Source: an uncultured Deferribacteres bacterium
GTDB lineage: Bacteria; Zhuqueibacterota; JdFR-76; DREG01
Reading direction: 5' to 3'
Length of the DNA stretch: 64,000 nt
Assembly (NCBI GenBank): GCA_913009825.1
Contig: CAJVYQ010000022.1
Span: forward strand, 3,870 to 67,869
In this document: one piece after another, positions 10,333 to 20,287 of the stretch
How positions within the stretch are numbered: position 1 is the first letter of the stretch
Layout: the number at the start of each line of letters is the position of its first letter
Notes under the pieces: model-generated
Database searches by the model: none
The model's input: the letters and a program-made list of their open reading frames with translations, nothing else
Told to the model about the DNA's origin: nothing
Translations under genes and position numbers: made by a program

Positions 10333-10390
10333 ATCTGAATTGAGCGATTGTAAGGCGATTCGCCTGTCTGCACAGGCAGGCTGAATCGCC
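10333..10390. repeat. Family-B repeat, truncated copy (CTGAATTGAGCGATTG end plus GGCGATTCGCCTG...CAGGCTGAATCGCC hairpin)
   Basis: Near-identical to the cores at 41359-41416 and, reverse-complemented, 56850-56911. Confidence 0.6.
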
Positions 10391-10982
10391 AACCGGATTT
10401 ATATTAAAAAATGGCAACAATTTAGTTTTTGATTCAATAAAACTTGTGAATAATCCAGGCCACATAGCTTACAAAAATGTTTCATCTGTGCGTATGTGTT
10501 TAAAAACCTTCTTTTCGTTTAAATGAAAATATAGTCACCCAGATGTTTTTTTGTTAAAATATTGTCATCTTTATGATTTTACTTGATATTTTCATTCCTG
10601 TTTTTTATTTTTTCAACACTACCGGATTTGTAAAATTATTTTCACGCTGAGGGTTCAGCAATAAATTCAGGGATTTCGAGAACTTTACTGTAAAATTTTG
10701 CCCGTTCTTTGTTTCACCTGAATTGAGCTATTCTAATGTCATCCAGAAGGAATCTTGTTGGTTTGTGCGTATAATCAACAAGATCCCCCTTGAATGACAA
10801 ACCCCCTGAGGAGTAGTTTTGAGTAAGGAATCGCTCAATTTAGGTGTCAATAAAATATAAAAAAGGTTGTCTTTTACCATAAGAAACAGTTACAGTGTGG
10901 GGTCTGGATCAGGATGATTTGTGAGTGATGGGGAAATTTAGTTTTACATCACAATTGTAGCTATGGAAGAGGAGGTGTTTCA

Positions 10983-11396
10983 ATGTCAAAGACACAATTT
11001 CATGTTTTGTTAGTGGAAGACAATCAGGACCATGTCATCTTGATAAAGGAAATCCTGAATAAAGTGAAGAGGATAACCCGAATTACCTGCATCGGTGACG
11101 GACAGAAAGCAGAAGATTTTCTGGAAAAGGCTAAAAGTAAAATGGATTTTCCCAATTTGATCCTGTTGGATTTGAAGCTGCCCTGCATCAGCGGTTTTGA
11201 ATTATTGAAAATCTGGAAGCAGGATTACATCCTTAAACAGATTCAAACGGTAGTACTTACTACATCGGATATGGAAAAGGACAAAGAGGCCGCATTCGCC
11301 CTGGGTGCGGATAACTATCTTGTAAAGTCCACCAATTTCGACATATTGTACCAGGAGATTAGCGCTCTCACACAAAAGCAACTTGCGCTTCAATAA
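10983..11396 (+). CDS. Stand-alone response-regulator receiver domain protein (CheY-like)
   Basis: REC motifs: acidic pocket LLVEDN, phospho-acceptor region ILLDLKLP, downstream T and K positions; no output domain. Confidence 0.8.
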   Translation: MSKTQFHVLLVEDNQDHVILIKEILNKVKRITRITCIGDGQKAEDFLEKAKSKMDFPNLILLDLKLPCISGFELLKIWKQDYILKQIQTVVLTTSDMEKDKEAAFALGADNYLVKSTNFDILYQEISALTQKQLALQ

Positions 11397-11417
11397 TTCT
11401 TCTCGTTAAATAAAAAA

Positions 11418-12500
11418 TTATACCGCATCCACAATATCACGCCAGATTGTGTCCACAGACTTTTGCGTAGCTTCCGGCAAAAAAAGTCCGGGATATTTTT
11501 CGGCTCCGGCAATGGTCTGGGTAAGCCGTAATTCCTTTTGCCGGACAGAATAGAACCAGCCTTTTTTGCGCACATATCCGGCCAGATAGAGTTGTTCCGT
11601 TTGCCCCGGCGTGGGGATAAACAGGGCTTTCTTACCCAGTTCCGCCAGTTCCATAAGGGTTGAATAACCCGGCCTGCTCACAATCAATTTTGCCCGATTG
11701 TACAATTTTTGTATTTCCATTCTTGGCAAATGAGTATAAATGACGCAATCTTCCTTACTGTCTACCAATTTGCTCTCTTCGCTTTTTCCCAATAGCACAA
11801 CCTTTTTACCGGGAATATCTTCCACCTGTGTTAAAATGATTTTTTCAAAGATGGTCCGCTGCGGTTCCGGACCGGATATCGAGAAAAGGATGTCGATATC
11901 CGCAGCTTCGGCTGTTTTTTTTAAACTGGACAGGATGCCGATATAGTCGTATTTCACATCATACTTTTTTACCTGACTCAGGCTGCCGCTGAGCAAACCG
12001 GTTTCATTGTCCTGCTGATCCGGAATCAAGATGCGGTTGAATTTTCGGTGAAACAGCAGGTTGAATTGTGCCGGTATGGAACGAAAAGCCTGAAACCGGC
12101 GAGGCACGGCAAAATAAATCTGGTGGCTGATAAAAAAAGATGGCACATGAGCATGATAAGCGCCGTAACAGTGATCACCGAAAATTATATCGGGAGAGAA
12201 TGTTTTCACAACCCGGTCGGTGAATTGGTGCTCCGCATGAATTTTCTGCAAAATTGCCGGCGTTTGCAGCAGAAGTTTTAGTAACAGCCAATTGCTCTGT
12301 GTATAGGTGATGCCGTAATCAGGCGTCACAACAAAATCGAGACCGGGGAATTCCCGGCGTAAAAATTGCAGGGCACGACCGTTGCTGCCGATCAAAACCT
12401 GCCAATTTTGCCGGACAAATTTTTTGATTATAGGTGTACTACGGGCAGCATGGCCCAATCCCATATTCAGAACGGTGTAATAAACCCTTCCCGTTTTCAC
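11418..12500 (-). CDS. Glycosyltransferase (GT-B fold, MurG/MGT-like)
   Basis: N-terminal G-loop NMGLGHAARSTPI and C-terminal nucleotide-sugar-binding region (SRPGYSTLMELAELGKKALFIPTPGQTEQ). Confidence 0.65.
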   Translation of the reverse strand: MKTGRVYYTVLNMGLGHAARSTPIIKKFVRQNWQVLIGSNGRALQFLRREFPGLDFVVTPDYGITYTQSNWLLLKLLLQTPAILQKIHAEHQFTDRVVKTFSPDIIFGDHCYGAYHAHVPSFFISHQIYFAVPRRFQAFRSIPAQFNLLFHRKFNRILIPDQQDNETGLLSGSLSQVKKYDVKYDYIGILSSLKKTAEAADIDILFSISGPEPQRTIFEKIILTQVEDIPGKKVVLLGKSEESKLVDSKEDCVIYTHLPRMEIQKLYNRAKLIVSRPGYSTLMELAELGKKALFIPTPGQTEQLYLAGYVRKKGWFYSVRQKELRLTQTIAGAEKYPGLFLPEATQKSVDTIWRDIVDAV

Positions 12501-12720
12501 GTTTGGTATTTTCCCGTCAATTTTCAGGGAAAGCGGTTATTTTAATTACGATGATCATATTTCTGCAAAGTTAAGTCAAAGTTTAGCTTCAATCTGAAGG
12601 TTAGAGATCGATAATGTTACATCTTTCTGTCCTCACAAAACCACAAAGTTCGTAAAAGCGCTTTTGGCAAACTTTGTAGTTCAACAGAAATGATCTGCTG
12701 TTTTATCCAATAGAAGTGTT

Positions 12721-13374
12721 CTATCCGCCGTGATCTTCCATATCATGGATAAGGTTTTCAATCTGCTGCCAGAGAACAGAAATATCCTGCGTCAAAATTA
12801 GAAGATCATGTTTTTTATTCCTCATGTCCATAACCGCATCTTTCAACACGGCTTCCTTCTTGAAACCCAATTTTTCAAACACCCTGATTGCATCTTCCTG
12901 GGTTGACATCACTTGAGCCATTACCATATCGACCCGCAATTTCTGGGCGAGGAAAAAGATTTCCCGGGTCAACAAATAGCCCAACCCTTTTTTGCGATAT
13001 TCATGAGCGGTGACAATTCTCATTTCACCGACATGGCGCGCCCAACCGCGACTGCTGCGATGCAGTGTGGCATTTCCGATAATTTTATCATCCTGAAACG
13101 CCAGGATCGGAATGATGCGGGAAAAATCCAGATTGTCTTCCCAATACTGAATCACTTTCGGATCGGACACATCATCTTTTAAAAAAAGTTTGGCGCGGGG
13201 TTCTAAATTGTTGAAAAATTCAAGCAGCTTTTCACCATCCCCTTTTTTCATAGGACGCAAGGTCACCTGTGTGTCATCCCTTAATTTCAGTTCTTTGGGA
13301 TAGCCGGACAGATCGATTTTTTCCTGCCGTAACGCCTGTTTCTTGTACTGACTGAGTGGAAGCAAAGTTAGCAT
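12721..13374 (-). CDS. GNAT family N-acetyltransferase
   Basis: Acetyl-CoA binding motif A (RKKGLGYLLTREI) in a GNAT-like arrangement. Confidence 0.8.
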   Translation of the reverse strand: MLTLLPLSQYKKQALRQEKIDLSGYPKELKLRDDTQVTLRPMKKGDGEKLLEFFNNLEPRAKLFLKDDVSDPKVIQYWEDNLDFSRIIPILAFQDDKIIGNATLHRSSRGWARHVGEMRIVTAHEYRKKGLGYLLTREIFFLAQKLRVDMVMAQVMSTQEDAIRVFEKLGFKKEAVLKDAVMDMRNKKHDLLILTQDISVLWQQIENLIHDMEDHGG

Positions 13375-13799
13375 ATCGAAATCTCCTGTTTTGTATCATT
13401 ATTAATATTTTGAAATTGTTAATTCAGTTCCTTTCATAAGGTAGATGTTTCGACTCCGTTCCGACAAAAATCAGCGGAACTTCCTGCCTGCTGCGGACGC
13501 GCGCTCAACACGACATGTTTAGAGGCGGTCACCCTGAGCGGAATCGAAGCGTGATTACAGCTAATTCATGAAGCAAACCCGGGTAGTTACATTTTTGAAT
13601 TCAATAAAATGAGTCTTGTCTTTTTTAATGCCGGTTTGAGACCTTTAAGGTTTTTACTAATTTACTGATTGTAAACATCCTATTCTCATGAATAATACCA
13701 GGATTAAACCTGCCGGGTCATTTTAACCGGTTCGCCTTATAATTTTTTCGTGTGTTTTGCGGGCTGAATAATTACCTTTTTTTATGACGGCGTGTCTCC

Positions 13800-14456
13800 T
13801 TAATTCAGTTGCCTGATTTTTTCAACATCGCTTATTTTTCCAATCACTACTAAAATATCACTGTCTTTGATAATATAATCCGCCGCCGGCACCGCCACTA
13901 AATTTTCCGGCACCAGTTCTTTAATGGCGATCACCTGGATATGATGTTTATTTCTAATATCCAGTTCCCGCAGTGTTTTGCGCAGGAATTTAGCCGGCGG
14001 CGCCAGTTCAAAGATGGAATATTCCGGTCCCAGACTTAAAGCATCCAGAATATTCGGATGAACCAGCGTTTGCACAATTTTCAGGGCGGCATCTTTTTCC
14101 GGGAAAATCACATCCGTGGCGCCAATCATATCTAAAATTTTCGCGTGGTCTTCCGTGATGGATTTAACAATAATCTGTTTTACTTTCATCTCTCTGAGGT
14201 AGAGGGTAATCAACACGCTCTGATCAATTTTATCTCCCACACTAACCACCGCAGCATCTATATCCGTTACACCCAACTGCTCCAGGGCATTTTTCTGCGT
14301 GGCATCGGCAATCACCGCTTTTTCTACAAAAGGTTTAATTTTCTCCACCTGATTTTCATCCGCATCGATTGCCAGTACCTCTACGCCATTTTCAGCCAGG
14401 AAACGTGCCACATAGTAGCCAAAACTTCCCAGTCCAATTACGACAAAACTTGCCAT
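13800..14456 (-). CDS. trkA: K+ uptake system NAD-binding subunit (TrkA/KtrA, RCK domain)
   Basis: Rossmann GLGSFG motif at the N-terminus followed by an RCK C-terminal domain; adjacent to trkH. Confidence 0.85.
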   Translation of the reverse strand: MASFVVIGLGSFGYYVARFLAENGVEVLAIDADENQVEKIKPFVEKAVIADATQKNALEQLGVTDIDAAVVSVGDKIDQSVLITLYLREMKVKQIIVKSITEDHAKILDMIGATDVIFPEKDAALKIVQTLVHPNILDALSLGPEYSIFELAPPAKFLRKTLRELDIRNKHHIQVIAIKELVPENLVAVPAADYIIKDSDILVVIGKISDVEKIRQLN

Positions 14457-14480
14457 GCAATACTCCTTGTAATGAAATTA

Positions 14481-15851
14481 TCAACCGACCATCAGGTTCT
14501 CTTTTGCGTAGCGGTAGGGTAATTTTGTCCCCCGCTCTCCGGTTATTGCCATCGCCAGGGTTATGGGCCCCAGGCGCCCGATATACATCAACAGAACCAA
14601 TAAAATACGTCCCGTGTTGGAGAAATCCGCGGTAATACCGGTGGAAAGCCCAACCGTACCGAAAGCCGAAACCACTTCAAACAGAATTTCCAGAAAACTT
14701 CCTTTGGTTTGAAGGTGGGAAAGTCCGCCCACTTCGGTAAACAACAGGATAAGCGTAAACATCGCAATTATGATGAAAGAAAACGCACCGATGGATACTG
14801 CTTTTGAAATTACATCCTGGTCGATGCGGCGATGGAACAGGTGAACATCCTCCCGGTTTCTGAATCTGGCCGCAACCATGGCCGTAAGTACGGCAAACGA
14901 AGTGGTTTTCATGCCGCCGCCGCAGGAAGCGGGAGAAGCGCCGATAAGCATCAGCATGGAAATTAGGAACAGGGAAGAATTGGAAACAGCGCCGATGTCC
15001 ACCGTATTAAATCCCGCGGTTCGACTGGTAACAGATTGAAATAAAGCCGTGAGAATTCTCGAACTCCATGGTAACAGCTGTAACCGGTTAAAAAAATCAA
15101 ACACAAAAAACAGCACAGCACCGGCTATGACCAACCAAAAACTGGTGTGTAAAACCACACGGGTGTGAAAACTGAACTGTGACCGGGCCATTGTCCTTTT
15201 GGTTCTCAGTTTTTTGTACAGGTCGAAAAGAACAATAAAACCAACGCCGCCCAAAAGGATCAGGATAATTGTTGTGAAATTGATAATAAAATCACCCTGG
15301 TAACGTACAAAGCTGTCCGGGAACAGGGAAAAACCGGCATTGCAGAACGCCGAGATAGAATGAAAAACCGAAAAATAAAGCGCTTTGCCACCGGGAAAAT
15401 CTTTGGAGAAGCGCAAAAAATAGAAAAGAACCCCAACCGACTCGATCACAATAGTGACGCCAAAAACTGATTTGAGCAGAGAAGCTAAATCTTTCACCGG
15501 CTGCTGACTGAGTGTTTGCTGCAATAATTCCCGGTCACGGATGCTGAATCTTTTCGAAATCAAAAAAATAAAAAATGTGGAAAAAGTCATAATACCCAAC
15601 CCGCCGATCTGGATCAGGGACATGATTACAATCTGGCCAAAAAGAGTAAGTTTTGCGCTGATATCGATGACGGTCAGGCCGGTCACGCAAGTTGCCGATG
15701 TGGCAGAGAACAACGCTTCGATGAAGGAGAGCGGGTTACCTGCCGCGGCATACGGCAATTTTAACAGCGCCGTGCCCAACAAAATGATTGTTGCAAAACT
15801 GAACAGAAGCAACTGTGTCGGTTTGAGCTTTCCCATCGCGTCAATTACCAC
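14481..15851 (-). CDS. trkH: K+ uptake system membrane subunit (TrkH/KtrB)
   Basis: Multi-pass membrane protein with repeated pore-loop glycine motifs (QIGGLG, NAGFS, GASPASCGGG, TVGLSTG). Confidence 0.85.
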   Translation of the reverse strand: MVIDAMGKLKPTQLLLFSFATIILLGTALLKLPYAAAGNPLSFIEALFSATSATCVTGLTVIDISAKLTLFGQIVIMSLIQIGGLGIMTFSTFFIFLISKRFSIRDRELLQQTLSQQPVKDLASLLKSVFGVTIVIESVGVLFYFLRFSKDFPGGKALYFSVFHSISAFCNAGFSLFPDSFVRYQGDFIINFTTIILILLGGVGFIVLFDLYKKLRTKRTMARSQFSFHTRVVLHTSFWLVIAGAVLFFVFDFFNRLQLLPWSSRILTALFQSVTSRTAGFNTVDIGAVSNSSLFLISMLMLIGASPASCGGGMKTTSFAVLTAMVAARFRNREDVHLFHRRIDQDVISKAVSIGAFSFIIIAMFTLILLFTEVGGLSHLQTKGSFLEILFEVVSAFGTVGLSTGITADFSNTGRILLVLLMYIGRLGPITLAMAITGERGTKLPYRYAKENLMVG

Positions 15852-16875
15852 TCATCAATACACTTACCGGACGCAGCGCCGGGAAATTGGCGGTAACAAT
15901 TTTGATAGTTGCCGCGATGGGAACAGCCAAAATCATGCCTACAATTCCCCACAGAAAACCCCAGAAAATCAAAAACAGGATGACTACTAACGGACTCAAA
16001 TCCAGGCTCTTGCCCATAAATTTAGGTTCGATAATATTGCCCATGGCCATTTGTACCAGCAGCAGCAGTACTGTAATCCACAGCGGGCGGAGGAATGAAT
16101 CAAACTGAAGAAAAGCTACCAAAATGGGTGGTGCCGTGGCAATAATTGACCCGATGTTGGGAATGTAATTCAGGAGAAAGGTCAGCATTCCCCAGACAAC
16201 GGCGAAGTCCACACCAAAAACAAGCAGGATGATGGTGGCGATCAGACCGGTTGCCAGACTGATCAGCGTTTTAGTGATCAGGTATTTTTGAATTTGGTCG
16301 TTGATGTTTTCCATGGCATCACGGATTTGCTGCGATCTTTCCCCTTCAAAAGCTCTTTCAATCCGGCCAACCATATATTCTTTGCCTACCAGGAGGTAAA
16401 CCATAAAAAGCAGCACAATAAAAACATTGCCCAAAAAATTGAAAAAAGAACCGATGCCGCTGGATACAATCGACGGCAGGGACAGGTCTTTGATTGCCGT
16501 AGTCCAATCGATCTCCTTTATTCTTGCGTTCAGTTCCTCCATGGGCATATCAAACATAGTAAGGACATTTTGAAAAATATTCACAAATTTAGTCTCATAT
16601 TTGGGCAGCTCGTCGGCAAAAGAGGTAATGCTGGTGTAAACCAGCAATCCAAGCAAAAACAGAAAGCTGAAGGTTAGAATCAACACCAAAAGAAGGGCAA
16701 GCGATTTGGGGATTTTTATTCCCCGCAGCCAGCGCATGATCGGCTCCAGCAAAATGGACAGGAAAATGGCCACGAAAAACGGTTTGAGAATACTCTGCAA
16801 AAAATAGCAGATGACACCTACCGCTACCATTGCCAATATTCCCAACAAAAACAGCACGGATTTAGATTGATTCAT
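15841..16875 (-). CDS. AI-2E family transporter (PerM/YhhT-like)
   Basis: Eight predicted TM segments and conserved C-terminal region FWGFLWGIVGMILAVPIAATIKIV. Confidence 0.8.
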   Translation of the reverse strand: MNQSKSVLFLLGILAMVAVGVICYFLQSILKPFFVAIFLSILLEPIMRWLRGIKIPKSLALLLVLILTFSFLFLLGLLVYTSITSFADELPKYETKFVNIFQNVLTMFDMPMEELNARIKEIDWTTAIKDLSLPSIVSSGIGSFFNFLGNVFIVLLFMVYLLVGKEYMVGRIERAFEGERSQQIRDAMENINDQIQKYLITKTLISLATGLIATIILLVFGVDFAVVWGMLTFLLNYIPNIGSIIATAPPILVAFLQFDSFLRPLWITVLLLLVQMAMGNIIEPKFMGKSLDLSPLVVILFLIFWGFLWGIVGMILAVPIAATIKIVTANFPALRPVSVLMSGN

Positions 16876-16906
16876 CCTTTATATCCTGTAAAATTCCGGT
16901 TAAATA

Positions 16907-17063
16907 ATTACCTAAATAGAGTCTGTCCGAAAACCCTGCTTTTCTGTCATTCCCGTGAAAACGGGAATCCATAGCATCTCGTATCCTTTAGGTTCCTGCT
17001 TGCGCAGGAATAACGTTTTTTACTGATTTTCAGAGTCTTCGGACAAACACTAAATAGTTTCCT
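16907..17063. repeat. Palindrome-rich intergenic repeat element (MITE-like)
   Basis: Imperfect terminal inverted segments (..AGTCTGTCCGAA / TTCGGACAAACACT..) and internal hairpins (CATTCCCG-TGAAAA-CGGGAATC; TTCCTGC-TTG-GCAGGAA). Confidence 0.5.
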
Positions 17064-17083
17064 GGTCAAAATAGAATTTTATT

Positions 17084-17194
17084 GTAACTATGCAAATAAA
17101 TTGAAGGAACATCCCCCGTACCCCCGGAGTCCCCATTGAGTGGGTACGCAGGGTGAAAAACAACTTCCAATATGGTTTGTATCCTGAATAGTTA
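17084..17194. repeat. Small MITE-like element ending in CTGAATAGTTAC (family C)
   Basis: Begins GTAACTATGCA, ends CTGAATAGTTAC; internal CCCCCGTACCCCC...GGGTACG hairpin; related to the copy at 33767-33852. Confidence 0.55.
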
Positions 17195-17223
17195 CAATTT
17201 ATTTTTTACTCAAAATATCAAAC

Positions 17224-19587
17224 TCAGGATTCCATTTTCTTGCGTAATTCCATGGTTTTTTCGTAAAATTCCACCAAGGTTAATTTTCTGAGAAAGCATA
17301 AACCATGAGTAGCGCGCAGCCGCGGATGAGTATTTTCGTTGAAGAAATCCCGTCCAACGCAGGTTTTGACGGCCAGAAATTGATCCGACTGGATCTTCTG
17401 CGCCAGCCGGGAAAACGGCCCGTCATATTCATAACTGGGAAAGGAAGCGTCTTTTTGTGAGCCGAAACAGTTGCGAAAAGATTCATTCAAAATCGAAGTG
17501 GAATTGAGGGAAACCGGGACAAAAATATTCGCTTCGGACGGGTCAAACCGGTACCAGACATTCCGGTATCCCCACACTTCAAGATCGCTCCGTCCGCTCT
17601 CTTTTTCATAAATTTTCAACGCTTCGCTGATTGTCTGCATCACTTTGTAATGGGTGTCCGGGCCGCTGCCTTCCGGATCGAAAGCGAGGGTGACGATATC
17701 GGGGCGAATTTTTTCCAACTGTTGCAAAACCGGTTTCACATCCCGCTCAATTTCCGGTTCTTCCGTAAAAATTTCACCTTTGTAAAAACCAAGCCGCAAA
17801 TGATTTACCGAACTGGAGTTGAAACCAAAATGGTTCCACAGCAAATCCGCTTCCCATTCACGGGTCATTCCTTTTAACTGCTGGATATAGGTTAAATCTT
17901 TTTTACCCGGATACTGAGTGCGAAAATAGTTGATCAACTCGTTGATGCGGTCTTTCAGGTGGTGGATGCTGTCTTCTTCGAACAGAAAGATGATATTCCT
18001 CAGTGTTCTGCGAGCAAGCGCTTCATTTTTCATGGTGCGGCTGCGAGCGGCAATACCATCCAAATATTGGTAAACATCCCGGTTACGGCCGTTGTCATTC
18101 AATGGATTGAAATAATCTTCTTCCATCATTTGCCGGAAATCGGGTGTGTCGATGTGGCTGAGAAGAATTTCCAGTAAATTCAGAATGTATTTATTCGTGA
18201 CGGCATTGAAACCGCTGGTCATATAGGTGAAATAGTGTTTGTTCAATGGAGTTCTGACCAGGTGAAAAATGAACGGTAAATAGCCCAACATGATATCGTC
18301 ATGGTGCGGCGCGGTATGCATAAAAATTTTATTTTCGATATTGGCCAGCCCCGCTTCAATTTTTTCTTTCAGGCTGTAGACCACTTTGGCAAGTAGTTGC
18401 TGATAATTTTCTCCGGTTTTTTGCAACAGGGCTTTGGCGAAGCGGTTGCCGTTAAAATCGGCACGATTCAAACGGTTCAACCGTTTCCGTTTCTGAAGAG
18501 CAAGATCGATAATCACCTTCTCCGTCTGTTCATCTGTAACAGTTCCTGTGCTCTTGAAATCTTCGTAATTTCTCTCTACCAATCCCTTTGCAGCGCCTTT
18601 GGTTAAATAGAACCGGGCGTTTTCCAGATCCTGCAAAGTGGATGCAGGATACAAATTATCCTTTTCGCTCTGGATTGCCCGGGCCACAATTTTTGCTTTG
18701 GCCTCGCCGGCCGCTATGATGATGGCCACAGCATCCTTGTTGTAAGTAATAGTAGACAGGCCGATGCTGATAACCAATCGGTTTTTTGCCACTTCGATGC
18801 CGCCCAGGTCCGATGCGGCCGCAGCCTGAGTTTCATAGTTGGTTCGGGTTAAGCGGGTGGTGGAATAAAGGTCGGAACCACGAACATTGAAAGCGACGTG
18901 GCCGTCCGGGCCGATACCGCCCAGAAAAAATCCGATGCCGCCCATTGCACGTATCCCGGTCTCGTATACGGTACAGAACCGATCCACCGCTTCAATCACC
19001 GCCTTTTGTCTGCGTTCCCGGCTGTTCGCCGGATGTGTGGTTCGCAGACTCAAATCAACTTTGCCTTCCGGGAAAATGTCCGTTAGTCTCATTCCAACCG
19101 GTGTACCCAAATTCCAACAATTGATGAGCAGCGCTTTGTCCGGATCCAGGCCAAAACCATCGATGTAAAATTTATTTACGTAATAGTAAAAGCTGTTGTG
19201 CTGCTGCGGATTGATAGGATAAAATTCATCGATCTGCACAAAATGGAAACTTTTCATGTCCGGTTTGATTTCCGGATCGACTCCGTTTTCCTGCAGATCT
19301 TTTTTGATTTCCGGTAAACTCCACTTGTTCAGATAATAAGTAACCCACTTGATGAAATGTTCCGGTGTTTTTCCTGTAGGCAGAGAGATGACGCCGCCGG
19401 GATTGTTTTGTACCCATTCGATGAATCGCAGAGCTGTCAATTTACCCAACAGCGGGAAGTTTTCCACCTCGATGATTTTTATTTTTTCCGTTGGCAGGTA
19501 AACTATTTTTCGATTTGAGTGTTTTAAGGCGACCGCCTCCACCTGAGATTCTTCTTTGCCCTTTTTTGTTTTACTGCCGGGACTCAT
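17224..19587 (-). CDS. nagB: Glucosamine-6-phosphate deaminase (NagB domain) fused to an LmbE/PIG-L-like deacetylase domain
   Basis: N-terminal half has NagB motifs (GGIGPDGHVAFN); C-terminal half has an LmbE-like HHDD motif (APHHDDIMLGY). 787 aa. Confidence 0.75.
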   Translation of the reverse strand: MSPGSKTKKGKEESQVEAVALKHSNRKIVYLPTEKIKIIEVENFPLLGKLTALRFIEWVQNNPGGVISLPTGKTPEHFIKWVTYYLNKWSLPEIKKDLQENGVDPEIKPDMKSFHFVQIDEFYPINPQQHNSFYYYVNKFYIDGFGLDPDKALLINCWNLGTPVGMRLTDIFPEGKVDLSLRTTHPANSRERRQKAVIEAVDRFCTVYETGIRAMGGIGFFLGGIGPDGHVAFNVRGSDLYSTTRLTRTNYETQAAAASDLGGIEVAKNRLVISIGLSTITYNKDAVAIIIAAGEAKAKIVARAIQSEKDNLYPASTLQDLENARFYLTKGAAKGLVERNYEDFKSTGTVTDEQTEKVIIDLALQKRKRLNRLNRADFNGNRFAKALLQKTGENYQQLLAKVVYSLKEKIEAGLANIENKIFMHTAPHHDDIMLGYLPFIFHLVRTPLNKHYFTYMTSGFNAVTNKYILNLLEILLSHIDTPDFRQMMEEDYFNPLNDNGRNRDVYQYLDGIAARSRTMKNEALARRTLRNIIFLFEEDSIHHLKDRINELINYFRTQYPGKKDLTYIQQLKGMTREWEADLLWNHFGFNSSSVNHLRLGFYKGEIFTEEPEIERDVKPVLQQLEKIRPDIVTLAFDPEGSGPDTHYKVMQTISEALKIYEKESGRSDLEVWGYRNVWYRFDPSEANIFVPVSLNSTSILNESFRNCFGSQKDASFPSYEYDGPFSRLAQKIQSDQFLAVKTCVGRDFFNENTHPRLRATHGLCFLRKLTLVEFYEKTMELRKKMES

Positions 19588-19655
19588 TTATAAAACTCCA
19601 TACAATCTTTATTAAATCCTTAGCTTGGCGAATGCCGGATTGATTTACCGGATAT

Positions 19656-19669
19656 GTGGATATCCACAA
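19656..19669. promoter_or_regulatory. Perfect 14-bp palindrome TGTGGATATCCACA, candidate operator about 70 bp upstream of the nagB-fusion start
   Basis: Read from sequence; each half-site resembles a DnaA-box-like TTATCCACA (8/9). Function not established. Confidence 0.3.
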
Positions 19670-20085
19670 AATGAAAACAGGCCGGGGAATCTTGTCAAAG
19701 AAATTATTTACTTAGTGTCCGACCGAAAACACTCTTTTTTTCATTTCGATCCGCCAAAAGGTGGAGATAAATCGGTTTAACCCTTTAAGTTATTGTAACA
19801 TACAGATTCCTCGAGTTTTCGTTCAGACACTATTTAGCACTTCTGCTCGAAATTATCTTTCCGAAAAGCAGAGCGGCGAAAAATAACATCCCGGCGGAAG
19901 AATTTTATCCGTAAAAAGGATGATATTTCTTCATCGCCAGAACAGGATTTCGGAATGATAAAAAGTTGAAAGATTACTTTAAATGTAACGGTTCAACCAT
20001 GTTAAAAATAATATTCTTTGCACAAAAATCAAGTTATTTGCAAAATAATGCGGGGATATTGATGAGTTTATTGATTTACTGTAAA

Positions 20086-20183
20086 AAACTGCCAAAGTTT
20101 TTAATCAATTTTGTAAAATGTAATTTATATTTTTAGAACATACAATATATTGATAAATACTTACAAAGAAACTTTGGCAGTTT
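20086..20183. repeat. 15-bp perfect inverted repeat (AAACTGCCAAAGTTT / AAACTTTGGCAGTTT) flanking a 68-nt AT-rich spacer
   Basis: Arms at 20086-20100 and 20169-20183; located about 100 nt downstream of the ald stop. Confidence 0.6.
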
Positions 20184-20287
20184 AGTTAATCAACAGAATC
20201 ATTAATGGTTCAGAAAAAGAGAAAGACTGAAAATTGGAAAAATACCGGCGATGAATGGTTCACCGCCGGTATTCCTTGTTTGTTAAA

